Origin: Christensenellales bacterium
Lineage (GTDB): Bacteria > Bacillota > Clostridia > Christensenellales > UBA1242
DNA: 64,000 nt
NCBI GenBank assembly: GCA_051889995.1
Contig: JBJFDL010000003.1
Span: 14,020-78,019 of the forward strand
Reading direction: 5' to 3'
Position numbers and translations under genes: made by a program
Notes under the pieces: generated by a model
Told to the model about the DNA's origin: nothing
The model's input: the letters and a program-made list of their open reading frames with translations, nothing else
Database searches by the model: none
Shown here: positions 56,110 to 64,000 of the stretch, piece after piece
Position numbering within the stretch: position 1 is the first letter of the stretch
Layout of the letters: every line of letters starts with the position of its first letter

Positions 56110-57093
56110 TTATTTTATTTTATCTGCTATTGAGTTATCTACAACCTTAGAGAAAGGGACTCTGTCTGATAATTCTCCAGCGTTATCAAGCATATCTAAT
56201 AATCTATTGTAACTAGCTTCGCTCATACTAGGAGTAGAAGACCAGGCATCAATTTTTTTATAACTTATTATGCTTGCTTTAATACTTTCATCACTAGATG
56301 TAGAAAAACTTGGTCTTAAACTATTAACAACTTCATCAATATTGGCAGTCATAATGAAGTCATATGCTTTTTTAATTGCTCTTAAGAAGTTTTCTATTTT
56401 TTCAGGATTCTTTTTTATATAACTAGAATTTGCCATAAAACAAGTAAAAGGAATTTCTCCACTTTCTTCACCAACCGATGCTACAATATATCCTTTCTTT
56501 TCTCTAACGAGTTCGCTTGCAGTGGGTTCAAAAACAGTAACATAATCTGCTGTTCCACCCGTAAACGCACCAACTGTCATATTAAAAGCGACGCTTAAAT
56601 CAAAATTTAAATCACTATTGATATTTAATCCGTTCTTCTCAATTGCAAGTTGTAAGCTCATGGCTGGGTTGCCACCTTTTCGACCTGCTATAACATGTTT
56701 TCCTGCTAGATTGCTCCAGGAAAAATCTGGTTCATCAACTTTTCCAACAAGGAAGCTACCATCTTTTTTAGTCAACTGACCAAAAACCATCGGTGCATCT
56801 TTTTTATCTGTGCTGTTAACATAAACTCCTGTTTCTGGACCTAAAAGTGCAATGTCAGCAGAACCAGATAAAAGGGCAGTCATTGAAGCATCAGAGCCAC
56901 CACCATTTGTTAATTCAATGGTGTAGCCGTATTCTTTAAAATAACCATTGTTTATAGCCACATAAAATGGTGCATAAAAGATGCTGTGCGTAACTTCGTT
57001 AATTCTGATAACATTTTCATTCTTTTTACAACCAAATGTAAACCCAGTGAAAGCTATCATTACTGTTACAATTAAAAGCGCAAATTTTTTCAT
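56110..57093 (-). CDS. ABC-transporter substrate-binding lipoprotein, NMT1/THI5-SsuA-like
   Basis: The start was moved to the ATG at 57093 (SD aggagg). It has a lipobox FTFGC and an SsuA/NMT1-like body (YAPFYVA...LLGPETG). Confidence 0.7.
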   Translation of the reverse strand: MKKFALLIVTVMIAFTGFTFGCKKNENVIRINEVTHSIFYAPFYVAINNGYFKEYGYTIELTNGGGSDASMTALLSGSADIALLGPETGVYVNSTDKKDAPMVFGQLTKKDGSFLVGKVDEPDFSWSNLAGKHVIAGRKGGNPAMSLQLAIEKNGLNINSDLNFDLSVAFNMTVGAFTGGTADYVTVFEPTASELVREKKGYIVASVGEESGEIPFTCFMANSSYIKKNPEKIENFLRAIKKAYDFIMTANIDEVVNSLRPSFSTSSDESIKASIISYKKIDAWSSTPSMSEASYNRLLDMLDNAGELSDRVPFSKVVDNSIADKIK

Positions 57094-57205
57094 AATTCCT
57101 CCTATTTTTAAATTTATTTGCACTTAATATCTTATTATTTTTAAAAAAAAAGTGTTAATAGTTTGATTTTTAAGATGTTAAGTGTTATAATTTTAATGGT
57201 GAATT

Positions 57206-57835
57206 ATGAAAAAAATTTTTACTTTACCCAATATTATAACTTTTTTTAGAATTTTATTGGTTCCACTATTCATGGTTTTATACTTAAATGAATCATTTTA
57301 TATCAACAATCTTCCTCTATTTGCAATACTAGTATTTTTGCTAGCTTTTTTTAGTGATGTGTTAGATGGCTTGTTAGCAAGATTAACAAACACTCAAACA
57401 AAATTAGGTGAAATTTTAGACCCTTTTGCAGATAAAATTTTACGAATTTGCGTGATTATTGCCTTTTTTATAAAAGGCGTATTACCATTATACATATTAA
57501 TAATTTTGCTTGCAATTGATTGTGTTTCAATTTTTAGTGGTTTGTTTTTGTGCTTAAATAAAATTATTATTCCAGCAAATATTTTCGGAAAGATAACAAC
57601 AGTGATTGTTGCTTGTTCGCTATTCACTTGCTTTTTCCATAACACAATTGCGCCATATGATTTAATTGCTGTGGAAATAAGTTTAGTCGCAGTGTTTATT
57701 TCTGTTTTGCAATATATGATAAAATACTCTCGAATATTTATTCGTGTTGGCAGAAAATATCGAAAAAATCAACTAAATAAATTTATAAGTGAAGATGTTA
57801 ATCAACCAGCTCAAGATGAAGTTCTTACAAATTAA
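57206..57835 (+). CDS. CDP-alcohol phosphatidyltransferase (PgsA-like)
   Basis: DVLDGLLARLTNTQTKLGEILDPFADK matches D-x2-D-G-x2-A-R...G-x3-D-x3-D. Confidence 0.85.
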   Translation: MKKIFTLPNIITFFRILLVPLFMVLYLNESFYINNLPLFAILVFLLAFFSDVLDGLLARLTNTQTKLGEILDPFADKILRICVIIAFFIKGVLPLYILIILLAIDCVSIFSGLFLCLNKIIIPANIFGKITTVIVACSLFTCFFHNTIAPYDLIAVEISLVAVFISVLQYMIKYSRIFIRVGRKYRKNQLNKFISEDVNQPAQDEVLTN

Positions 57836-57941
57836 GAATGATTTTTAATTAAAAAACTCTTTTTACTTAAGAATTAGAAAGATATTAAGACATAATTTTT
57901 ATAAAATTAATAATAAAAGCACAAAAAAATAAAATTTAGTA

Positions 57942-57970
57942 TTGACTAATTTTAATTTGTGTTTTATAAT
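57942..57970 (+). promoter_or_regulatory. Sigma-A type promoter
   Basis: TTGACT(57942-47), a 17-nt spacer, then TATAAT(57965-70). Confidence 0.6.
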
Positions 57971-57998
57971 ACTATCATATTTAAGCTAGGAGTGATTT

Positions 57999-58238
57999 AT
58001 GGAACAACTAATTTGCGGAGTAACATTATTAGAAACTATTTTAAAAACTGAATTTTTAACTTCAATTTTATTAGGGGCAGTTGGTTTTGCAATTATTTGC
58101 CTTGCAAAAAGAATAACTAAAACAATTAGAAAAACAAATTTTGTTGCTAATGACGATAAAGCATACATAGTTATCACATTAATTGGACTATTACTTGTGT
58201 TAATTGCATTTGTAGTTTTACTATTTGCAAGTTTATAA
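57999..58238 (+). CDS. Small hypothetical membrane protein (2 TM segments)
   Basis: 79 aa with SD aggagtga. A consensus promoter lies upstream and a terminator at 58303-58329 lies downstream. Confidence 0.55.
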   Translation: MEQLICGVTLLETILKTEFLTSILLGAVGFAIICLAKRITKTIRKTNFVANDDKAYIVITLIGLLLVLIAFVVLLFASL

Positions 58239-58302
58239 TTTTATAAGAAATAAAAAAAAGATTAGTCTAGGCAATTTGAAACTTGCGAAATAATTATAAA
58301 GG

Positions 58303-58329
58303 TTAGAGCAGAAATGTTCTAATTTTTTT
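58303..58329 (+). terminator. Rho-independent terminator
   Basis: ttagagca-gaaa-tgttctaa followed by a T7 run. Confidence 0.7.
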
Positions 58330-58435
58330 AAGCCATTTTATGCCATGAAAGGTGCTTGATAAGAGAAGAAATGAAAACACAATATCAAAATGCAGAGAAA
58401 CGAAAAACAAAATATTTAGCACAATTATTGTTTCT

Positions 58436-58489
58436 CTGTCTAAACCAGCAAAAGAAAACTCATTTCTGAAATTTTTGTCAAATACACCA
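58436..58489 (+). pseudogene. Degenerate copy of the sequence at window positions 1-54 (probable relic of a paralogous gene 3' end)
   Basis: 45/54 ungapped identities. Five of nine mismatches fall in one codon-phase class. The relevant frame is interrupted by TAA at 58441-43. Confidence 0.4.
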
Positions 58490-58503
58490 ATACCCAATTT
58501 AAA

Positions 58504-59520
58504 TTATTTATTATTTTGTTTTAATCCCCATTCTAATCTGTTATCAAATTTATACCTAGATTTATTAGGGTTACCTTCACATATTTCATTATACAAAGTG
58601 TTTAAATCATATACAACAGACCATATTGTATCAAAATGAAGTTTTTTATCAAATTGGCAAACAAATCCATATTTTCCAGAAATTATTTCTTTACATTTAT
58701 TAATATCAATATTTGTGTTATTTTTTAAATAATTATCTATTGTATTATATCTATCATTGGTATAATACCAATTTTCTTCTTTATTATTAAATTTAAGCAT
58801 ATTTTTAGATATAAAGTGATTTGTCGCAATTACATAATTATCATCATATCTAACATTTATAGCTTCGCTCGTGCATTCCACAACTGCCATTTTTTTATTC
58901 CTATCTGCAATAACTAAATTATGAGATGATGAAATTGGTAATTTTTTAATTAATTTAATAGCTTCTTCTGTAGTTTTACATTCTTCTAATACCTTTCTTA
59001 CAATAAAACCTCCATTAATACCGGGTTTTATTTTTTTAGATAAAAGAAATGTTAGGGCAATACTTAAACCATATTCATTTATGCCATCTTCTAATGATAT
59101 CATTGCAGTTGAATGAGCTAAAAAAGTATTTCTATTATTAACTCTATATAAAACACTTTCACTCGTTTTCTTATACTCTGGAAACATATCCATATTTCTT
59201 ACCATATATACTCTATCTTTATTTCTAACTGCAAATACCGTGCAACCGTGTTCTTCTTCATTGCAATATATATTAAACAGCCAATATGCTATATCTTCAT
59301 ATTTTTGGTGCAATCCATCTGCCAATCCTCTAACTTCCATCATTATTTCATTCATATATTTTTCATAAATAGGCAAACATTTTTGACCAAATGATTTTTG
59401 CTTAACAGATAATTTTATTACAGAAGATAAGTTCTCTCCAGCTTTATATAATAGTTCACCATAATGTTTTCCCATTTCATAGTGATTTCCTTTTAATCTA
59501 GGATGATACATATATTTCAT
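58504..59520 (-). CDS. C45-family N-terminal-nucleophile hydrolase/acyltransferase (isopenicillin-N acyltransferase / carcinine hydrolase-like)
   Basis: 338 aa. EEHGCTVFAVRNKDRVYMVRNMD contains the Cys nucleophile context typical of peptidase C45-like proteins. Confidence 0.5.
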   Translation of the reverse strand: MKYMYHPRLKGNHYEMGKHYGELLYKAGENLSSVIKLSVKQKSFGQKCLPIYEKYMNEIMMEVRGLADGLHQKYEDIAYWLFNIYCNEEEHGCTVFAVRNKDRVYMVRNMDMFPEYKKTSESVLYRVNNRNTFLAHSTAMISLEDGINEYGLSIALTFLLSKKIKPGINGGFIVRKVLEECKTTEEAIKLIKKLPISSSHNLVIADRNKKMAVVECTSEAINVRYDDNYVIATNHFISKNMLKFNNKEENWYYTNDRYNTIDNYLKNNTNIDINKCKEIISGKYGFVCQFDKKLHFDTIWSVVYDLNTLYNEICEGNPNKSRYKFDNRLEWGLKQNNK

Positions 59521-59940
59521 CTCACTTTTAAATTCTTGTTTATCTACCTATAATTATACTATATAATTGCAGATAAAACAACAAAAAAGGCTAAAAAACA
59601 ATGTTTAGTCTTTCTTTATTTCACTAGTCTCAAACTTTCCATTCCTTAGTCTTTTGTTTTTGAAACAAATAAAAAAAGATTATGCTTTTAAAGTAACATA
59701 TTTTTTTATTGCAAGTTTCAAAAGTGTATAAACTTATTCTCCTTTTTTTGTTATTTAATTGTTGATTACTTCGGCATTTTTTATTTATAGAATTAAGGTC
59801 AATTGCAAAATTGTCGTTAAGTTTATAGATATTTATATGAATTAACTAAAAAAGTCTATTATTAAAAAAATAAAAAATTTGATTTAAGACAAGCAAAATT
59901 CGACAAAAACTTTCATATATTTACACAACAGGAGAAGTGT

Positions 59941-60648
59941 ATGATTTGTGAAAGTTTTTTAAATTTTTTAAATAGGGTAATGTGTTTTACATCCTTTGTT
60001 CAAAAGAGTAGAGGTTTTCCAAAACCATTAACTAGTGAAGAAGAACTAGAATGTATTAAAGAATTTAAAGAAAATGGAAATATTGAAGCAAAAAACAAAT
60101 TAATTTATCATAATTTAAGACTTGTTGCTCACATAGTTAAAAAGTATTCTCAAGCAGGTGAGGCTGATGATTTTATAAGTGTAGGGACGATAGGATTAAT
60201 TAAAGCAATAAATACATACAGTTTAGATAAAAACACGCAACTTTCAACTTATGCAGCAAGATGTATTGAAAATGAAATTTTAATGCTTATAAGACTAAAC
60301 AAAAAACATAATGGCGTTTATTCGCTTGAAGAGAGTTTAGGTCATGATAAGGATGGAAATGAGATTACGCTCCAAGATATTTTAGGTAGTGAAATAGACG
60401 AAGTTTCTCACAAAGTTGAAGGGAATATTTTGACTGCAGAACTTATGAAAACTCTTAAAGAAAACTTGACGGAAAGAGAATATAACATAATTTGTATGCG
60501 TTTTGGTCTTAATAATTCACCTTGTCTTACCCAGTTAGAAGTTGCACAAAAATTGGGAATAAGTAGGAGTTATATTTCAAGAATTGAAAATAAAGTTTTA
60601 AAAGATATAAGACTAAAACTAAAAGAAAAAGACTTTTATTTAGATTAA
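59941..60648 (+). CDS. sigK: Sporulation sigma factor SigK (pro-sigma-K, uninterrupted)
   Basis: A hydrophobic pro-sequence is followed by FPKPLTSEEE, YHNLRLVAHIVKKY, ISVGTIGLIKAI, TYAARCIENEILM and GHDKDGNEITLQDILG. This is closer to the SigK signatures than to the SigE ones. Confidence 0.8.
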   Translation: MICESFLNFLNRVMCFTSFVQKSRGFPKPLTSEEELECIKEFKENGNIEAKNKLIYHNLRLVAHIVKKYSQAGEADDFISVGTIGLIKAINTYSLDKNTQLSTYAARCIENEILMLIRLNKKHNGVYSLEESLGHDKDGNEITLQDILGSEIDEVSHKVEGNILTAELMKTLKENLTEREYNIICMRFGLNNSPCLTQLEVAQKLGISRSYISRIENKVLKDIRLKLKEKDFYLD

Positions 60649-61676
60649 TTTAATAATAATTCAATGATTTTTTCATTCGCAAATTTAACATTAGATTGTT
60701 TCATATTTTTAATATAATCTTCTTTGTTTTTATAAAGATTTTTTATGTTTGCAATCAAATTAATAGCATTTAAATCTTCTTCAAAAATTACTTTACTATA
60801 TCCTTTTTCTTGAAAATATTTAGCATTTAAAATTTGGTCGCCTCGACTTGCTTTTTTAGATAGTGGAATTAAAATGTTTGGCTTGTTTAATGCTAAAATT
60901 TCATTTACTGCATTGCTTCCAGCACGACTAATAACGATGTCGGCTAATGCAAATAAATCTTGAATATTATCGGCATATTCAAGTTGGACATAATTCTCTT
61001 TATTTATTTCTTTTTTGTTGCCTTTTCCCACTATATGAATAAAGTTAAATTCTTTTAAATTATCAATAATTTGGAAAATGATTTCATTTATTATCTTGCT
61101 TCCCAAACTCCCACCAACAACTAAAATTGTTGGTTTTTTTGTTGGCTGTTTAAATAGTTTTTGTGCGTTTTGAATATTTCCACAAAAAATTTCTTTTCTA
61201 ATAGGAGAACCCGTAAAAAGACCATTTTTTAAATTTTTTGCAGTTGTCTCAAAACTGGTGCAAATTATTTTGCACTTATTTTTGCAAATTTTGTTTGCTA
61301 GTCCCATAGTTAAATCACTTTCGTGAGCGATAACATCAATTTTTAACTTATGGCTTGCTAAAACAACCGGAAGAGAAACATAACCACCTTTGCTAAATAT
61401 AACATCGGGGTTTATCTTTTTTAAAATTTTTTTGGCTTCGTTATACGCTTTTATAAGCTTAAAGGGTATTAATAAATTCGAAAAAGAAAGACTTCTTTTT
61501 AGTTTTGTGCTTGAAATTTCAAAAAATTCTATATTTTTTTCTTGAACAAGTTTCTTTTCAAGTCCATTACTACCAATATAATAGATTTGTGCACGATTTT
61601 TAATATCATTGATGATTGCAAGATTTGGAATTATGTGACCAGCTGTGCCACCACCAGTAAAAACAATTTTTTTCAT
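60645..61676 (-). CDS. murG: Undecaprenyldiphospho-muramoylpentapeptide beta-N-acetylglucosaminyltransferase
   Basis: FTGGGTAGHIIPNLAI, SRAGSNAVNEI. Confidence 0.9.
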   Translation of the reverse strand: MKKIVFTGGGTAGHIIPNLAIINDIKNRAQIYYIGSNGLEKKLVQEKNIEFFEISSTKLKRSLSFSNLLIPFKLIKAYNEAKKILKKINPDVIFSKGGYVSLPVVLASHKLKIDVIAHESDLTMGLANKICKNKCKIICTSFETTAKNLKNGLFTGSPIRKEIFCGNIQNAQKLFKQPTKKPTILVVGGSLGSKIINEIIFQIIDNLKEFNFIHIVGKGNKKEINKENYVQLEYADNIQDLFALADIVISRAGSNAVNEILALNKPNILIPLSKKASRGDQILNAKYFQEKGYSKVIFEEDLNAINLIANIKNLYKNKEDYIKNMKQSNVKFANEKIIELLLN

Positions 61677-61733
61677 ATTAACCTCAAAAATATTTTATGT
61701 TATAAAAATTAAATTATATCACCAAAAATGGCA

Positions 61734-61762
61734 TTGACTTTTTTTTATTCGTGTAATATAAT
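61734..61762 (+). promoter_or_regulatory. Consensus sigma-A promoter of the Hip-like operon
   Basis: TTGACT(61734-39), a 17-nt spacer, then TATAAT(61757-62). Confidence 0.6.
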
Positions 61763-61777
61763 TAAATAGGAGTTTTT

Positions 61778-62830
61778 ATGGATAATAAAGAAGAAAATAT
61801 GTCTTTGTTTGATGAAAAAGAAAATCTTACTTCTGTTTTGGATTCTATCGATGATTTATTGAATAGACAAATGGATAAATTTATTGAATTACAAGAAAAA
61901 AAACAAAGAAAATTAAACACAGGTGTTTTGGGCGGAATCAATGAAAAATATTTTATAAGAATTGATGATAAAGATTATTTATTTAAATATGTAAACAGTG
62001 ATAAGGATTATTCTGATTTTGGTGAAGTTATAACCTCACAAATTGCTAATTTTTTAGGAATTGAATGTGTTAAAAGTGTTTTTTCCAATGATTTTTATGA
62101 CAAAGACAGAAAAGGAACATTAATTTCAAGTTATAGAACCGATGATATTAATGAAGTGTTATCATTGAAAAGTTTGTTAATTAAATATGGTAAAAACTCA
62201 ATTAATATTAACCATGACGTGAATGAAGCTATGGAAGTTTGTGAAGAATTTTCTAAGGAGTTTGACATTGTTTTAGATAACAAAATTGAACAAAGATTAA
62301 AGGAAATGGCATTACTTGACTTTTTACTTGTGCAAGTTGATAGAAATTCAAAAAATATAGAATTTTTAATTAAAGAGAAAGATGGTAAAAAAATTTTAGA
62401 ATTAGCACCGATTTTTGATAATGGATATTGTATGTCATTTCACACTTCCAAACTAACAAATAAAATGACATTAAATAATCTTAAAAACCAAAGAAACTAT
62501 GATGAAGTAATTCTTCACAGACCACGTTTTTGTATTTTGAAAAATGAGCATAGGGGTGATGATGCAGACCATTTTGTTACTAGTGATTTAGCAGAAGAAT
62601 TGTTAAAAAATAGAAATTTGATGGAAATATATTTAAAATTCAAAAAAATCAATATAGAAAAATATTTTGATTATGTTGTTAAAGATTCAAAAAGAAATAT
62701 ACCAAATGTTTATAAAGAAACAGCAATTTCATTAATAAGATATCGAATAAAAACATTAGATATTGAATTGTTAAAGCAAAGTATTAGAACGAATTTTATA
62801 GAAGATAAAGGAGAAGATTTATGCGAATAA
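61778..62830 (+). CDS. HipA-family (HipT-like) serine/threonine kinase core lacking the N-terminal subdomain
   Basis: 350 aa. It has GVLGGINEKYF (an ATP-loop-like motif), VQVDRNSKNIEFLI (the catalytic D-x4-N) and LAPIFDNGY (the Mg-binding Asp). Confidence 0.6.
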   Translation: MDNKEENMSLFDEKENLTSVLDSIDDLLNRQMDKFIELQEKKQRKLNTGVLGGINEKYFIRIDDKDYLFKYVNSDKDYSDFGEVITSQIANFLGIECVKSVFSNDFYDKDRKGTLISSYRTDDINEVLSLKSLLIKYGKNSININHDVNEAMEVCEEFSKEFDIVLDNKIEQRLKEMALLDFLLVQVDRNSKNIEFLIKEKDGKKILELAPIFDNGYCMSFHTSKLTNKMTLNNLKNQRNYDEVILHRPRFCILKNEHRGDDADHFVTSDLAEELLKNRNLMEIYLKFKKINIEKYFDYVVKDSKRNIPNVYKETAISLIRYRIKTLDIELLKQSIRTNFIEDKGEDLCE

Positions 62831-63150
62831 TATTGCATTATAAAGATTGTTCTTTAGGTGAATTAACTTATGATGGTAAGAATTATATATATAATTCGTT
62901 GGATGGCGAAAAAATTGCCTTAAAAAAATACTGTGCTTTAATTGAATATAATCTTCAAAGTAGCAAAAACTTAATGAGTGAGAACTTATTTCCATTTATT
63001 AAAGAAAATTTTATAAATGACAATTTGCAAAGGGAAGATATATTACAAATTGTTAAAAAAGATGCTCAAAATGATTTTGATTTTTTAGTTAATTTATGTA
63101 AACTAAACACAGATAAATTTAGTTTTTGGATTTCATTAGAAAAAAATTAA
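62821..63150 (+). CDS. HipS-like protein (homolog of HipA N-terminal subdomain 1)
   Basis: 109 aa. Its ATG overlaps the kinase gene end by 10 nt. CSLGELTYDGKNYIYNS and LFPFIKENFINDN resemble the HipA_N signatures. Confidence 0.45.
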   Translation: MRIILHYKDCSLGELTYDGKNYIYNSLDGEKIALKKYCALIEYNLQSSKNLMSENLFPFIKENFINDNLQREDILQIVKKDAQNDFDFLVNLCKLNTDKFSFWISLEKN

Positions 63151-63161
63151 GAGGTAGAAAA

Positions 63162-64000
63162 ATGTCAAAAGCATATAATTCGAAAGATATAGTAGTATTG
63201 GAAGGCTTGGATGCTGTTAGAATGCGTCCTGGAATGTATATTGGAACAACTGGTCCTAAAGGTTATCATCATCTTTTGTGGGAAATCGTAGATAATGCAA
63301 TAGATGAAATCGCAAACGGATTTGGTAATAAAATTAATGTTACATTACATAAAGATGGTAGTTGTAGTGTTGAAGATAATGGCCGTGGTATACCAACAGA
63401 TATTCATCCTAAATTAAAAATATCTGGTGTTGAAGTTGTTTTCACGCAACTTCATGCTGGTGGTAAATTTGAAAGCGATAATTATAAATATTCTGGTGGA
63501 CTACATGGTGTTGGTGCGAGTGTTACAAATGCTTTAAGTAGATGGTGTAATGTTATAGTTAAGCGTGATGGTAAAATTTATGAAATACAATTTGAAAGCA
63601 GGGAAGAAAAAGGACAAATTAGAAGTGGCGTTTTAAAAAGTCCTTTAAAAGAAGTTGGAAAGACAAAAGAAACTGGAAGTATTGTTACATTCTTGCCTGA
63701 TGATAGAGTTTTTAAAGATTTAACATTTAGCAGAGAAATAATTTTAAACAGGCTAAAAGAATTAGCATACTTAAATCAAGGATTAATCATTAACTTTATT
63801 GATGAAAGAGAAGAAAAAACTTTTGTTAAACAATTTAATTATGTTGGTGGTTTAAAAGATTTTGTTTTAAATTTATGTGAAAATAAAAAAACTCTTTACA
63901 ACACACCTTTTTACATTGAAGGTGAAAGTGATATTGTTAAAGTAAAACTTGCATTTATTCACACAGGAGAATATATTGATAGTATTTACTCTTTCGTTAA
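63162..64000 (+). CDS. Type IIA topoisomerase subunit B (GyrB/ParE), 5' part, running off the window
   Basis: MSKAYNSKDIVVLEGLDAVRMRPGMYIG...EIVDNAIDE...DNGRGIP...GGLHGVGASV, with SD gaggtag. It is absent from the ORF track because there is no stop within the window. Confidence 0.9.
   Translation, partial: MSKAYNSKDIVVLEGLDAVRMRPGMYIGTTGPKGYHHLLWEIVDNAIDEIANGFGNKINVTLHKDGSCSVEDNGRGIPTDIHPKLKISGVEVVFTQLHAGGKFESDNYKYSGGLHGVGASVTNALSRWCNVIVKRDGKIYEIQFESREEKGQIRSGVLKSPLKEVGKTKETGSIVTFLPDDRVFKDLTFSREIILNRLKELAYLNQGLIINFIDEREEKTFVKQFNYVGGLKDFVLNLCENKKTLYNTPFYIEGESDIVKVKLAFIHTGEYIDSIYSFV

Noticed and set aside
57094-57205. I looked for a TPP or other riboswitch upstream of the NMT1/THI5-like binding-protein gene.
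   Set aside because: The spacer is only about 110 nt, almost pure A/T, and lacks the conserved CUGAGA / ACCUGA-type TPP elements.
58303-58639. ORFs 58303-58497 (-) and 58352-58639 (+) lie in the spacer before the C45 hydrolase gene.
   Set aside because: The + ORF runs antisense into the C45 gene. Neither has an SD, and the region is better explained by a terminator, a hairpin and the degenerate 54-nt repeat.
59941-60648. I checked whether sigK is interrupted by a skin-like element.
   Set aside because: The ORF is continuous from the pro-sequence through region 4 (235 aa), so there is no interruption.
1-64000. I considered an alternative genetic code (UGA=Trp, Mollicutes-like) because of the very low GC content, and I also looked for CRISPR arrays, tRNA genes and rRNA genes.
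   Set aside because: TGA terminates well-conserved genes at the expected lengths (adk at 23839-41, uvrB at 42933-35), and Trp is encoded by TGG. No direct-repeat/spacer arrays, cloverleaf-like GC-rich segments of about 75 nt, or rRNA-like regions were seen.

Overview
This is an AT-rich (about 70% A+T by eye) chromosomal segment that uses the standard code; TGA acts as a stop at adk and uvrB. It looks like a spore-forming low-GC Firmicute of Clostridia type, because sigK, a spoVB-like flippase, ylbJ and a DUF421/DUF4363 pair are all present. The conserved backbone runs tmcAL, ackA, rpmF, plsX, rnc, hpf, then a complete S10-spc-alpha ribosomal cluster (rpsJ to rplQ, including secY, adk, map, infA, rpmJ and rpoA). 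After that come der-plsY-lgt, a cysteine desulfurase with DUF3343, hflX, uvrBA, a sporulation/germination cluster, sigK, murG and the 5' part of a GyrB/ParE gene. No tRNA, rRNA or CRISPR array was seen. Several accessory or unexplained elements are interleaved with this backbone. (1) A gamma-class N6-adenine methyltransferase sits next to an unrecognisable 251-aa partner, a candidate type II R-M pair. (2) An intact IS3-family transposase with an A8 -1 frameshift site has its only matching terminal inverted repeat 2.6 kb away, so the repeats bracket a cargo operon (LURP-one/YxjI-like protein plus a membrane protein) between hpf and the S10 promoter. (3) A 66-aa peptide carries 14 Cys and two hydrophobic repeats. 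(4) Two giant type-I surface proteins are present, one with Ig-like repeats and one with four CBM-like modules plus a cytoplasmic coiled coil; the first is followed by twin tail-anchored wHTH proteins. (5) Three consecutive genes look like cofactor-motif-degenerate RnfC-like, mini RnfB-type FeS and Ppx/GppA-like proteins. (6) A split HipA-like kinase is followed by a HipS-like N-subdomain gene, in reversed order and without a HipB. All similarity calls were made by eye from motifs; no searches were run.
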